The notes under the pieces were generated by a model, which saw only the letters and a list, made by a program, of their open reading frames with translations, was not told where the DNA came from and did not search any database. DNA of 64,000 nucleotides, from the NCBI GenBank assembly GCA_963707275.1, contig CAVPPH010000010.1, positions 111,106 to 175,105 of the forward strand. Direction: 5' to 3'. Shown one piece after another: positions 38,225-48,936 of this stretch (position 1 is the first letter of the stretch; each line of letters begins with the position of its first letter). Both the position numbers and the translations under genes were made by a program. This DNA is from an uncultured Chloroflexia bacterium. GTDB lineage: Bacteria; Chloroflexota; Anaerolineae; JAAEKA01.

Positions 38225-38671
38225 ATGAACCAGCAGCAGATCGAGATTGTACAGCGCACCTTTGATATGGCCGCACCGATGGCCGACGAGTTGGCCGACC
38301 GCTTCTACACACGGCTTTTCGAGCTGGATCCGGCGTTGCGTCCCATGTTTCATGGCGACATGAAGCAGCAAGGTCAGAAGCTGATGACCGTGCTGGCGCT
38401 GGCCGTGCGTGGCCTCAGCAAGCCAGAGACCATTATCCAGGCCGTGCAGCGGCTGGGCCAGCGTCACGCCGGTTACGGCGTCCAGACGCACCACTACGCC
38501 ACCGTGGGCGAGGCGCTGCTCGCGACCCTGGCCGAGCTTTTCGGGCCGGCCTTCAACGATGAGGTCCGGGCAGCCTGGACCGCCGCCTACACGCTGCTGG
38601 CAACCATCATGCAGGAAGCGGCAGCCGAAGGTGATGCAAGAAGCCCCATCCGTGAGGCAATCGCGGCCTGA
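38225..38671 (+). CDS. Single-domain globin (flavohemoglobin-like globin domain)
   Basis: FYTRLFELDPALRPMF, QGQKL, LGQRHAGYGV proximal His, HYATVGEALLATL, AWTAAY. Confidence 0.92.
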   Translation: MNQQQIEIVQRTFDMAAPMADELADRFYTRLFELDPALRPMFHGDMKQQGQKLMTVLALAVRGLSKPETIIQAVQRLGQRHAGYGVQTHHYATVGEALLATLAELFGPAFNDEVRAAWTAAYTLLATIMQEAAAEGDARSPIREAIAA

Positions 38672-38686
38672 GAGCCGTGTCATAAT
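38631..38686 (+). promoter_or_regulatory. Double-box promoter 3, overlapping the globin 3' end
   Basis: GTGATGCA (38631), GTGAGGCA (38652), 21 bp, TGn-CATAAT (38681). Confidence 0.75.
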
Positions 38687-38738
38687 AACCATGTCACAGC
38701 AGTGACTACCAACCAACCGTTTCACAAGGAGCCCAACC

Positions 38739-40185
38739 ATGTTTCAACAAACAGCACACACACCCGAGACCGGTCACGCAATCGTCATCGGCGGCAGTAT
38801 CGCCGGCATGTTGACCGCCCGGATACTGACCAATCACTTCGCCCAGGTCACGGTCATCGAGCGCGATGAACTACCCGACGGCCCGGCCTTCCGCAAGGGC
38901 GCCCCGCATGCCCGCCACGCCCACGGCCTGCTGGTGCGCGGCCAGCAGATCATGGAAGACCTCTTCCCCGGCCTGACCGAAGACCTGTGGGCGCAGGGCG
39001 CGATCCCCACCAACATGGGCCGCGACCTGACCCTCTACATCGGCGGCGCCAGGGTCAAGCCCTTCGAGGCCGATCTGGTGATCACCGGCAGCAGCCGGCC
39101 GTTGCTGGAGAACGCGATCTACAGCCGTCTGCGCCAGATGCCGCAGGTCCGCTTCCTGACGGGACGCGACGTGACCGGGCTGTGCACCGACGAGGCCAAC
39201 CGGCACGTCACCGGCATCCGCCTGCAAGAGCGGAGCAAGCACGGCCAGGCCGAGCAGGAACTGGCAGCCGATCTGGTAGTGGACGCCAGCGGACGCGGCT
39301 CGAAGCTGCCGACATGGCTGGAAGCGCTGGGCTATCAGCCGCCGGCTGAGACTACCGTCGACTCGCAGACCAGCTACACCACCCGCGATCTATCGTCGCC
39401 CGCACAACGCGCTTCCCTGGAAGGTGCTTGTACAACATGCCCATGGCGCCTGACCACAGCCGCGGCTGCATTCTGATCCCGATTGAAGGGGACCGCATGC
39501 TGGTGACCCTGATCGGCCTCAACGGCGACCAGGCACCGACCGATGAAGCAGGTTTCCTGGCCTATGCCCGCAGCCTGCCGGTCCCCGGCTTCCACGACGC
39601 GATTGCCGCCGCCGAGCCGCTGACCGAACCTTACGGCTACCGGCGGGCAGCCAATCGGCTGCGCCACTACGAGAAGCTGCCGCGCTACCTGGAGGGCGTG
39701 CTGGCGTTGGGCGACTCGGTCTACGCCCTGAACCCGGTCTACGGCCAGGGGATGACCGTCGCAGCGCTGGGCGCGCTGACGCTGGACGAATGCCTGCGCA
39801 CCCAGCAGCGCCGACGGCATGGCCGGTCTTGCCAGCCGCTTCCAGAAGCAACTGGCCAAGGTCAACGCCGGCCCGTGGCAGTTGGCTACCGGCCAGGATT
39901 TGCAGTGGCCCTGCGCCGCGGCCGGTCACAAGACCGATCCGGTCACCCGGCTGGTGCAGCGTTACTTCGACCGGGTGCTGGCGGCCATGGTCGACAACGG
40001 CGAGGTTGCGCAGGCGTTTGCCCAGGTGCAGAACATGCTACAGCCGCCCACGATCCTCTTTCACCCGCGCATTGTCTGGCAGGTGCTGCGCGCCAGATCC
40101 AGCGCCAGACAGCGCAGGCTCGGCGCAGAAACTCAGCGGTCAAGGTGATGCACGACGCCCCATCCGTGAGGCATCGGCGGCGTAG
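38739..40185 (+). CDS. FAD-dependent monooxygenase/epoxidase-like oxidoreductase (frameshifted; end 40148 or 40185)
   Basis: IGGSIAG, VIERD, RHAHGLL, VVDASGRGS, LGDSVYALNPVYGQGMT motifs. Confidence 0.85.
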
Positions 40186-40201
40186 GAACCGTGTCGATAA
40201 T
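40145..40201 (+). promoter_or_regulatory. Double-box promoter 4, overlapping the monooxygenase 3' end
   Basis: GTGATGCA (40145), GTGAGGCA (40166), 22 bp, GATAAT (40196). Confidence 0.72.
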
Positions 40202-40256
40202 AAAGCGTGTCACAGCAGTGACGACAAACCAACCGTTTCAAAAGGAGAAACAAACC

Positions 40257-40748
40257 ATGAAGTTCGCAACGTTCGCAAAGATCGCAGCAGTCGCAGGAGT
40301 TATGATCGCCAGCATGTTCGGCCAGTCGCTTTCTGCTCAGGCCACCGAGCAGATCACCATGGGCTACACCAAGGCCGAATGGCAGACGGTCGATCCTCGC
40401 ACCCGCTTCGCCGCCGACCTGACGGTGATGGATGATGGCAGCGCCGCCGGCACCATCCAGATCCACAAGGCCAGCGATGTCACGCTGAAGCGCGGCGTCA
40501 TCAACGCCGCCAGCGGCCGGGTCATCTGCGACCGCGACGAGCCGGTGATGATCGTCGAAGGCACCTACTACGAGGAGATTGGCGGCACGCTGGTGGCCCG
40601 TGGACCGGCCAGCGCCGAGGTTCGCAAGGGCGGCAAGGCGGCGGCGGAGACATCGTCGTCTTCGACATCGATCGGTGTCACTTCCCAAAACAGCACGATT
40701 CGAAGCCCGTCGGGCGAGTTGACATTCCCGGTCAATCCCTGCCGATAG
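40257..40748 (+). CDS. Secreted hypothetical protein
   Basis: AAGGAG RBS, signal peptide MKFATFAKIAAVAGVMIASMFGQSLSAQA, beta-rich mature part. Confidence 0.7.
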   Translation: MKFATFAKIAAVAGVMIASMFGQSLSAQATEQITMGYTKAEWQTVDPRTRFAADLTVMDDGSAAGTIQIHKASDVTLKRGVINAASGRVICDRDEPVMIVEGTYYEEIGGTLVARGPASAEVRKGGKAAAETSSSSTSIGVTSQNSTIRSPSGELTFPVNPCR

Positions 40749-40768
40749 ACAAGCAACGCAAAACAAAG

Positions 40769-40801
40769 AAAAGCCGGTGCAGATGAACTGCGCCGGCTTT
40801 T
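40769..40801. terminator. Bidirectional intrinsic terminator
   Basis: AAAAGCCGGTGCAG-ATGAA-CTGCGCCGGCTTTT between convergent genes. Confidence 0.85.
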
Positions 40802-40834
40802 GTGATTCTCAGTTTGCGCGAGGTCACGCTCGTC

Positions 40835-41968
40835 CTATCCCAGCGAAATCCCCAGTTCGCGAGCCGTCTGTACAATGTCGCTGTCCAGCGGGACGGTGCG
40901 TGGCGTTCTGGCAACCCGCGAAAGCGGCAGGTCGGTCAGATACTCGCCGCGCAGCGCCACCATTCGCCCGGTCTTGCCGTCGGCGATGAGCCGCACCGCA
41001 GCCGCGCCGAAACGGGTTGCCAGCACCCGATCCGCGCCGCTGGGGGTGCCGCCGCGCTGGACGTGGCCCAGCACGGTCACCCGAATCTCGTAGCCAGCTT
41101 CTTCCGGTAGACTCTCCTGCTCGGCCAGCAGCCGCTCAGCCAGATAAAAGCCGATGCCGCCCAGCCGCGGCGCCTCCTGGCCCGCGATGCCCGCCCAGTA
41201 GATCTCCTGGCCATCCTTGGGCCGCGCGCCTTCGGCGACCACGATGATCGCCGAGCGCTGAACGTCCTGAAGCAGCGCTCCAGGCGCTCGCGGACCACGG
41301 CGACATCGAAGGGCTGTTCCGGGATCAGCACCACGTCCGCGCCGCCGCCAACGCCGGCATGCAGCGCGATCCAGCCCGCCTTGCGCCCCATGACCTCGAC
41401 GATCATCGCGCGGTGATGGCTCTCGGCGGTGGTGCGCAGGCGGTCGATGGCCTCGGTGGCGATGTTGACGGCGGTGTCGAAGCCGAAGCTGTACTCGGTG
41501 CCGTCCACGTCGTTGTCGATGGTTTTTGGGACGCCCACCAGCGGCGCGCCCATGTCGTGCAGCTCGCGCGCGATGCGCATGGTGCCGTCGCCGCCGATGA
41601 CCACGATCGCGTCCAGCCCCAGCTCCGCGATGCGCTCCATCACCCGCGGCGTCACGTCGATGACGATCTGGTCGCCCTTCAGTCGTTTGGTGTAGAGAAA
41701 GGGGTTGGTTCGGCTGGCAGCGCCGAGAATGGTGCCGCCACGCGCCAGATATGCCGTGCACCGAGTTGAGGGTCAGCGGAATGGCGGCGTTGGGGTCGTC
41801 GGTGACCAGTCCCTCGAACCCATCCTTGATGCCGACGACTTCCCAGCCGTGAACCGCGACCGCCGACTTGACGACAGCCCGGATCACTGCGTTCAGGCCG
41901 GGGCAGTCGCCGCCCGCTGTCAGAACGCCGATCCGCTCGATTCGCTTCTGCCGTCTGCGACTGTTCAT
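40835..41968 (-). CDS. pfkA: 6-phosphofructokinase (frameshifted)
   Basis: [41 protein letters not shown]. Confidence 0.93.
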   Translation of the reverse strand: MNSRRRQKRIERIGVLTAGGDCPGLNAVIRAVVKSAVAVHGWEVVGIKDGFEGLVTDDPNAAIPLTLNSVHGISGAWRHHSRRCQPNQPLSLHQTTEGRPDRHRRDAAGDGAHRGAGAGRDRGHRRRRHHAHRARAARHGRAAGGRPKNHRQRRGRHRVQLRLRHRRQHRHRGHRPPAHHRREPSPRDDRRGHGAQGGLDRAACRRWRRRGRGADPGTALRCRRGPRAPGALLQDVQRSAIIVVAEGARPKDGQEIYWAGIAGQEAPRLGGIGFYLAERLLAEQESLPEEAGYEIRVTVLGHVQRGGTPSGADRVLATRFGAAAVRLIADGKTGRMVALRGEYLTDLPLSRVARTPRTVPLDSDIVQTARELGISLG

Positions 41969-41998
41969 GGGGACTCCGTTGTCGTCCCTCTACTTATG

Positions 41999-42083
41999 AT
42001 CTCGCTCTGGCCGGTCTCCTGACCGAGCCAGCGTCGGCGTAACTTTCGGTGCTGGCTCGGTCTGAGACCGGCCAGAGCGAGAT
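41999..42083. repeat. Long near-perfect inverted repeat (REP-like)
   Basis: ATCTCGCTCTGGCCGGTCTCCTGACCGAGCCAGC ... GCTGGCTCGGTCTGAGACCGGCCAGAGCGAGAT. Confidence 0.75.
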
Positions 42084-42096
42084 GTCAGGATTGCGC

Positions 42097-43374
42097 CTAC
42101 GGGAAGACCTTGCCCGTCCACTGCAACGGGATCGACAGCGATGCCGTGGACGCGCATTTCCCAGTGCAGGTGATTGCCGGTGCTGAGGCCGGTGGTTCCC
42201 ACCAGGCCCAGTTAGGTCGCCCGGTTTCACCTGCTGGCCGGCCTGGACGTCGATCCGCGACAGGTGCCAGTAACCGGTGAACACGCCGGCGCCGTGGTCG
42301 ATGACCACCGCGTTGCCGCGCACCACCAGCGGCTCGGCCAGCACCACCGTGCCCGCTGGCCGGGGCCAGCACCGGGACGCCCTCGGGCGCGGCGAAGTCC
42401 TGGCCGGTGTGATAGCCGCTGACCGGTCCGCTGTTGTAGGAGCGCCGCTGGCCAAAGGCGCGCTGGTGAGGTACTCGTCGCTGATGGGACGCAGGAAGCG
42501 GCCGCGCCAGACCGGCTGTGTCTCGCCGGCTTTCCAGAGCGCCATCAGCCGCTCCAGTCTCAGCCCGCACCAGATCAGGCGCCAGCAGATCCCCCTTGCC
42601 GGGCGGCAGCACGATGTCGTAGGTCGGGTAGCCGCCGTCCACCACCTGCACCGGCCATGTGAACGTCGTCTCCTGGCTGCTGATCGGATCCAACCAGCGC
42701 AGATCCAGCGGCCAGTAGACCGGCTCGGCCAGCGCGGCAATGGCCAGCAGCCCCCACCAACTGCCGTCGGCCGCCTGACGCAGCGGAACGACTTGCTGAT
42801 CCATCGCGACGGTCAAGCTGACCGGCTGGCTGGAGTCCAGCCAGACGCGCACGCCGGCTGTTTCTCCCTGTTCCAGCGGGCTGGGCGAGGTGGTCAGGCG
42901 CACGATCGGGCCGGGCGGCAGAGCGAGCGAGCGGCCGGTAGCCGGCGCCGGAACGAGCAAGTTCTGGCCGGGGATCAAGCGCACCGGCGTTCTCCAGCTC
43001 GTTGATGGCCAGCAGGTCGGCGGGTTTGACGCGATAGCGGCGCGCCAGCAGGAGAGGGTGTCGCCCGGCGCGACATCGACCGGGATCAGCGGATAGCCGG
43101 CGGGTGGCACGGTCAGCACCGCGCCCGCGGCGATCTGATCGGGGTCGGCCAGGAGGTTGGCAGCCACGATGGCGGGAACGGTGCTGCCGTACTGCGCGGC
43201 GATGGCGGCCAGCGTTTCGCCAGGCTGAACCGCGTGGCGGGCCGGCGGATCAGGCGCGGCCAGCGCGGCCGCCGGCAGCAAGACCAGTGACAGGACCAGA
43301 ACCAGCAGCACTGGCATTGCCGCCTGCCAGCCGTTCCTGTCACCAATAACGCCACGCCTGCTATCTGTTTTCAT
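42097..43374 (-). CDS. LysM domain M23 metallopeptidase (frameshifted)
   Basis: [13 protein letters not shown] LysM; [19 protein letters not shown]23 motifs. Confidence 0.88.
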   Translation of the reverse strand: MKTDSRRGVIGDRNGWQAAMPVLLVLVLSLVLLPAAALAAPDPPARHAVQPGETLAAIAAQYGSTVPAIVAANLLADPDQIAAGAVLTVPPAGYPLIPVDVAPGDTLSCWRAAIASNPPTCWPSTSWRTPVRLIPGQNLLVPAPATGRSLALPPGPIVRLTTSPSPLEQGETAGVRVWLDSSQPVSLTVAMDQQVVPLRQAADGSWWGLLAIAALAEPVYWPLDLRWLDPISSQETTFTWPVQVVDGGYPTYDIVLPPGKGDLLAPDLVRAETGAADGALESRRDTAGLARPLPASHQRRVPHQRAFGQRRSYNSGPVSGYHTGQDFAAPEGVPVLAPASGHGGAGRAAGGARQRGGHRPRRRRVHRLLAPVADRRPGRPAGETGRPNWAWWEPPASAPAITCTGKCASTASLSIPLQWTGKVFP

Positions 43375-43397
43375 GGATCGATCCAGAGCGGCTGCCG

Positions 43398-43960
43398 CTA
43401 CTGGTAGATCTCCGGCTTCAGCACGCCGATGAAAGGCAACTGCCGGTAGTACTCGGCGAAGTCCAGGCCATAGCCGACCACGAACTCGTCGGGCACCTCG
43501 AACCCGACGTAGTCGATAGGCACGTCGATCTCGCGGCGTTCGCGCTTGTCCAGCAGCGTGCAGACGTGCAGCGTCGCCGGGTGGCGCTGGCGCAACATGC
43601 GCAGCAGGTAGTCCAGCGTGCGGCCCGAAGTCGACGATGTCCTCGACGATGACCACGTTGCGGCCTTCGATCGGTTCGTCCAGGTCCTTGAGGATGCGCA
43701 CGACGCCGCTGCTGCTGGTGCCCGCGCCGTAGCTGGAGACGGCCAGGAAATCCATGGCGACCGGCAGATCGACGTGGCGCACCAGATCGGCCAGGAAGAG
43801 CAGTGCGCCTTTCAGCACCGCGATCGATCAGGACTTCTGACCCGGCAAAATCGGCGGTGATGCGCTGGCCCAGCTCCGCGATACGCTGCTGAATTGGCTC
43901 CTCGCTGATCAGTATCTCGGCAACGTCGTCGTACAGGGATGACGGCTGATGGGCAGGATC
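43398..43960 (-). CDS. hpt: Hypoxanthine phosphoribosyltransferase (start uncertain, frameshifted)
   Basis: [33 protein letters not shown]. Confidence 0.9.
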
Positions 43961-43989
43961 TCCAGTCGAGTTGATCCTCCTGGCGAATG

Positions 43990-45430
43990 GTCGAAGATTG
44001 GACGACAACGTATGGCAGGACGTGCCCGGGCTGACTGGCGGCAGATCCGCCGTCGAACGTAGCTGATCGCTGACGAGGCGGCGTTGCTCGACAGGCGGGA
44101 CCGACAACGGGCAGCGTCTTCCAGTGCTGCGGCGGGACCGATCGGCTGCACCCATTCGCCGCTGACCCAGGCGCTGGCGGCCATCGACGCAGCAGACCTG
44201 CCACCAGCTGTCGTTCGCCAGCTTGCCCACGGCCGCGCAGTCACACTGCCGCTGTCTGCCTGGCCAACGAGCGGCGACGCGACCGTGATGGCCGGCTGCG
44301 GAGGTTCAGCACGTCGGCCTGGACCTGCACGGCGGCATAGTCAGGGGTAGGCACAGGTGTGGGCGTAGGACGCGGCAGCGGCCGGCGGCGCAGCAGCTGG
44401 CGCGGCAGGAGCGGTGTACGCAATCGGCGCGCCGCTCTTGAAGCGGCCGGCCCATTCGGCGGTCAGCCCCAGGTACTGATCGCCGTAGGCCTGGCTGGGC
44501 TCGATGTAGGTGCCTTCCGGCCATTCGTTGAAGGAGTTGACGATCACCCAGTCGGGGTTGCTGGCGATGGCCGCTTCCCAGGTGCGGGCGTAGTAGGCGC
44601 CGCCCTCGCGGTCCTTGACGAAGGCGTTGCCGCGGCCGGTGCGGGTGTCGTTGTAGCCGGGCATGGCTGTGGCGACCCAGTAGCGGTAGCTGCCGTAGCG
44701 CGCACGGGCGTCGTTGACCCAGCGGCTGAACTTGCTGGCGGTGTAGCCGACATCGCTGGGCGGGTTCCAGGTCACGCGAGTAGAGGTGATGCCCGTCGAA
44801 CACCGACTGGTAGCTCATGTCGATGCCCTCGGCGATCCAGATGCTGTTGTGGTTCGGGATCGACCTGGTCGCGGATCGATTGCCAGGTGCCCACGCCCCA
44901 GCGCTGTTGTCGCCAGAAGAATAGCACCGGCTTGCCGTCGACCCGCAGATAGGCCGGGTGGTTGGCGTGGACGTTGAGCGCGTGGCGCAGCATCTCCACC
45001 ATGCTGCCGGTGCCGCCCACGAAGGGGCTGGTCGCCTTCGACGTCCAGCGCCAGCTTGAAGCCGCGGCCGGCGGCCACGTCCAGCATCCGGGCGAAGTTG
45101 CTCTCGGTCTGGTTGTTGACGCCGCCCCACGGGCCGTACCAACTGACCACGAAGGCGTCGATGCCCGCGCCCTGGGCCTGGGCGATGTGGCGGTCCATGG
45201 CGCCGGAATCGCGGCTGACGTAGGTCTCGCGCGGGGAAATCGGGCACCTTGGCCGACGTCCAGGTGTTCTCGTCGAACCAGGTGTAGTAGAAGGCCAGCA
45301 CCAGCCGCTGGCCTTGCGCATCGGTTTGTTTGGGCAACAAAGCAGGCAGCGTCAGAGCGATAGCGACCAGCAGCGCGATCCACGGCAGCACCCGCCGCTC
45401 CAGCGTGCAGCTTCCTGTACATGAAAACAT
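43990..45430 (-). CDS. Secreted GH99/GH71-like glycoside hydrolase with C-terminal SH3b domain (ends approximate)
   Basis: LAFYYTWF, GIDAFVVSWYG, AMPGYND, IVNSFNEWPEGTYIEPS; Pro/Thr linker; LNLR..WWQVCC..WVS SH3b. Confidence 0.75.
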
Positions 45431-45551
45431 GGCTCGGATTATACCAGAGAGCACAAACTCAGGCCAAAGACCCAGGTCAACAGAAAACCGCCAGACGCAT
45501 GAAACGCCTGGCGGTTTGGTTCTTGTCTCAGCGCGTGGCAGGTGGTTGTCG

Positions 45552-47179
45552 CTACCCCACGATCGTCACATCCATGCTGGGCGGCACGACCTGGAACCAG
45601 GTGTTGCCCGGCTTGAGCGGGATCGGATTGCCGGCCGCGTCCACCAGTTCCAGGCCGTTGAACTTGTCGGTCACCCGCCAGCGGCCCTCGACGGCGACGC
45701 CGTCGCGCACGATGGTGGCGGGGCCTTCCTTGCCGACGATGTAGGTGCGCACGCTGTAGCTGTTGACGACATCCTCCACCAGGTCGGTCAGGTCGTGCTG
45801 CACGTCCATGATCACCACGTTGGCAGCCGTGACCTGCTGGCCGTTGTTGCCGTCGATCAGCGGCTTGCGTCCCGAGCCGTAGAAGCGGGCATAGCGGCCC
45901 GTGGCCGGATCGTAGCGCCACTCGACCTCATAGAAGCCGCGATTGGGATAGGGGATCACCACCCGGTTGGCGGGCTGCCGCCGCCGGGCGGCGTGTCGCT
46001 GAAAGTCAAGGGCCTGACCGTGACGCCCTTGTTCAGCCCGTTGGCGGCCAGAAAGGCGCGCAGGTTGGCGCTGCTGGTCAGCACCCGGTTCTGATAGCCG
46101 CCGCCGTTGGGGTTGTTGAAGTAGGGCCGCGAAGTAGCAGCGCTCGTCCAGGTCCTCGATGCCGGCCTGGTAGGCAAAGACCTGGTTGGGGCCGACCGCG
46201 CCGCTGCTGGCCATGGGCGCATCGAACATCTGCGCCACCTGGATGGTGGTGCTGCGGAAGGAGCGCAGCGGACCGATCTGCGGCGCATCGCCGCCCAGCC
46301 AGACCGTGGTGAAGCGAGTGGTGTTGAGGTCTATCCATCAGTTCCTCGAACACCAGGTCGGGCGCCGAGATGCCAAAGTAGTCGTTGACGGCCGGCTCGT
46401 TGCCGTAGCGGGCCACGAAGATGCGCTCCTGCAGCCGCGCCGGGTCGATCGGCAGGCCGGTCAACGGGTTGGTGCTGCCGGTGAGGACGGGCCGTTGCCG
46501 GCGCGACCTCGCGCACGGGCCGGTTGACCCGCAGGCCACACAAGTCCGTAGTATCTTGCCGGGCGGCGGGTTGTCCACCGCCGGGACGACGTTGCCGATG
46601 GAGATGCGGCCAGGTGTACCACCGCCACCTCCACCGCCGCCGCCGGCCACAGCCACCGCGTCGTCGGCCTGCGTCTCATCGGTCAGCGCCGGCGGGGCGG
46701 CCACGGCGATCGCGGCTGTGTCGCCGCTCAGCACGGCAAACTGGCTGGCGATCCACGCCTCGCCGCCGTTGACGCAGCAGATCTTGTACCAGCGGCCGTC
46801 GGCGCTCTTGCCGAAGACGCCCAGCGTGTCAGCCTGCGTCACCATGACCGACCTTGCCGTAGTCGGTGCCCGGACCTTTGCGGGTGTTGACGTCGTCCTC
46901 GGTCGGCGTCAGGAACGCCACCGGCGCCGGCGTCGATGTCGGGAGTCGGCGTACCTTCGGGTGTTGGTACGGGCGTGTCCGTCGGCACGGCTGTGTCGGT
47001 CGGCGTCGCGGTCGGCGGAACGGGGCGTCGCGGTGGCAACCGGCGTGTTGGTCGCCGCGGGAATGGCTGTCTTGGTGGGCGTCGGCGGTTGGCAGCGGCT
47101 CTTCGCCGCCGCAGGCGGCCAGCAGCAAGCTGAGCGCCAGCACGCCTAAAATCATCAGGGGTTTACGTCGTTCGATCAT
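45552..47179 (-). CDS. Lipoprotein with SH3b and DUF3048-like domains (frameshifted)
   Basis: LLAACGG lipobox, PT repeats, NTRKGPGTDY SH3b, NPLTGLP, IGPLRS, LKPGNTWFQVV. Confidence 0.75.
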
Positions 47180-47255
47180 TGCAGTCCTCAAGAACGGATT
47201 TGTTTTTTCATGACAACGCCGTAGGATAGCCCCAAATCGACGCGGCAGCAAATCG

Positions 47256-48448
47256 CTACCACACCCGGCAAATCAGCCCAGTCAGATACTCGCCCTCCGG
47301 GAAGCTCAACAGCAGCGGATGATCACTTCCCTGGCTGAGCCGCTCGATCACCTGCACGTCCCGCCCCGCGTCCACCGACGCGCCGAAGACGATCTTCTGG
47401 AACAGGTCGGCGACACCAGGCCGGAGCAGGAGAAGGTGACCAGCGTGCCGCCCGGCCGCAGCAGGTGCATGGCCAGCATGTTGATGTCCTTGTAGGCGCG
47501 CGCTGCCCGGTCGATCTGGCCCTGCGACTGGGCGAACTTGGGCGGGTCCAGGATGACGACGTCGAACTGCCGCCCGCTGGCCCGCCAGTCGCGCAGCACC
47601 TGAAAGACGTCGCCGGCCACGCCCTCGGCCTGCGCGTCGGGGTCGAAGCCGTTCAGCGCCAGGTTGCGCTCGCAAAGCTGCAACGCCTCCAGCGACGTAT
47701 CGACATCGGTGACGTGGCGCGCGCCGGCGGCCAGCGCGTAGACCGCAAAAGAGCCGGTGTAGCTGAACGCGTTGAGCACCTCAGCGCCCGCGCAATAGGC
47801 CGCTGTCCGGCGGCGGTTCTCGCGCTGATCCAGGTAGAGGCCGGTCTTCTGCCCGCCGGGTAGATCGACCAGAAAGCGAAACCCATGTTCGCGCACCTCG
47901 ACCAGATCGTCGGGCGGCAGGACGCCAGTCAACAAGCCGGCCGCGGGCGACAGTCCTTCCTTGTTGCGCACGTCCACATCGGAGCGCTCGACGATGCCGG
48001 CCGGCGCGAGAATCTCCGTCAGCAGCTCGACCAGCAGCGGCTTGACACGCTCGATGCCCAGCGTCAGGCACTGGATCGCCAGCCAGTCGCCGTAGCGATC
48101 TACGATCAGACCGGGCAGACCGTCGCTTTCGGCGTAGACCAGGCGATAGCTGTCGGTGGCGGGATCAGCCGCCAGGCTGGCGCGCCCGGCCAGCGCGCGC
48201 TGCAACCGGCTGCGCCAGAACGTATCGTCGATCGGCTCGTTCTGGTCCCACGTCAGCAGCCGTACCTGGATCTGAGAGCGGCGGTTCAGGTAGCCGCGCG
48301 CCAGCCAGAGGCCGTCTGCGCTCTGCACGTCGACGATCTCGCCGTTCGGCGCGTCCGCGTCGATCTCCTTGATAGCGCCGGAGAAGATCCAGGGGTGGCG
48401 ATTGCGAACAGGTTTTTCCCGCCCGGATTTGAGGGTAACGGTTGGCAT
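47256..48448 (-). CDS. rlmI: 23S rRNA m5C1962 methyltransferase (RlmI family)
   Basis: [59 protein letters not shown]. Confidence 0.88.
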
Positions 48449-48451
48449 GGT

Positions 48452-48718
48452 TGGTGACAATGGCTTTCTGCGGCAGGCGTTTCGATCAGCTGCGCCGCGC
48501 GACGGGGCATCCTCTTGTTCGAACCCGTAGTCGTCCAGCAGTAAAATCCGCTCAGCACCGGGCTCACCGATAGTCAATCGCTGGAGCTTTTGGTCGTAGA
48601 CAAACGGACTTGTAAGGCCGTCCAGGTCAACCAGTTCCCCGTGAATTTCGGAGCCGCCGCGGGTGGCAATGCGTATCTTCTGCTGATTATGGATTGCCCA
48701 GTGCGCGAAGGGTTTCAT
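48452..48718 (-). CDS. Small hypothetical protein, in frame with rlmI in this assembly
   Basis: About 90 aa N-terminal part of ORF 47348-48718, unrelated to RlmI. Confidence 0.45.
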
Positions 48719-48936
48719 GTGGAAGAATATTTCTCAGTTGCGAAGGCGGGCTTCGGCGCAGCGCCGACACCGATTGAAATCGGCGTCTGATACACCGGGC
48801 AGAGTATGCTGAAGCAAACTCGTTCGTACGGACAAACCTGCTTTGAGCAGGTTTTGCCTGTATCAGCCTGTGGTTTCAACCATAGGCGTCGCTGCGACGA
48901 GGCGACCATGCGAATCAATTCCTTCACGACCTTTGT

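Noticed and set aside
37092-40247. Repeats between genes as integron attC sites or a CRISPR array
   Set aside because: No integrase or cas genes, no attC inverted core ends or regular spacers; the repeats sit at a fixed distance from -10 hexamers and behave like promoters
42097-43818. Apparent Hpt-LysM-M23 fusion ORF
   Set aside because: Created by an indel in hpt; the true hpt C-terminus stops at 43398 and the peptidase has its own start and signal peptide
48825-48865. c-di-GMP-I riboswitch-like GGCAAAACCTGC..AAAGCAGG on the minus strand
   Set aside because: Lacks the GACGCAAAG junction and the second stem expected after the first hairpin
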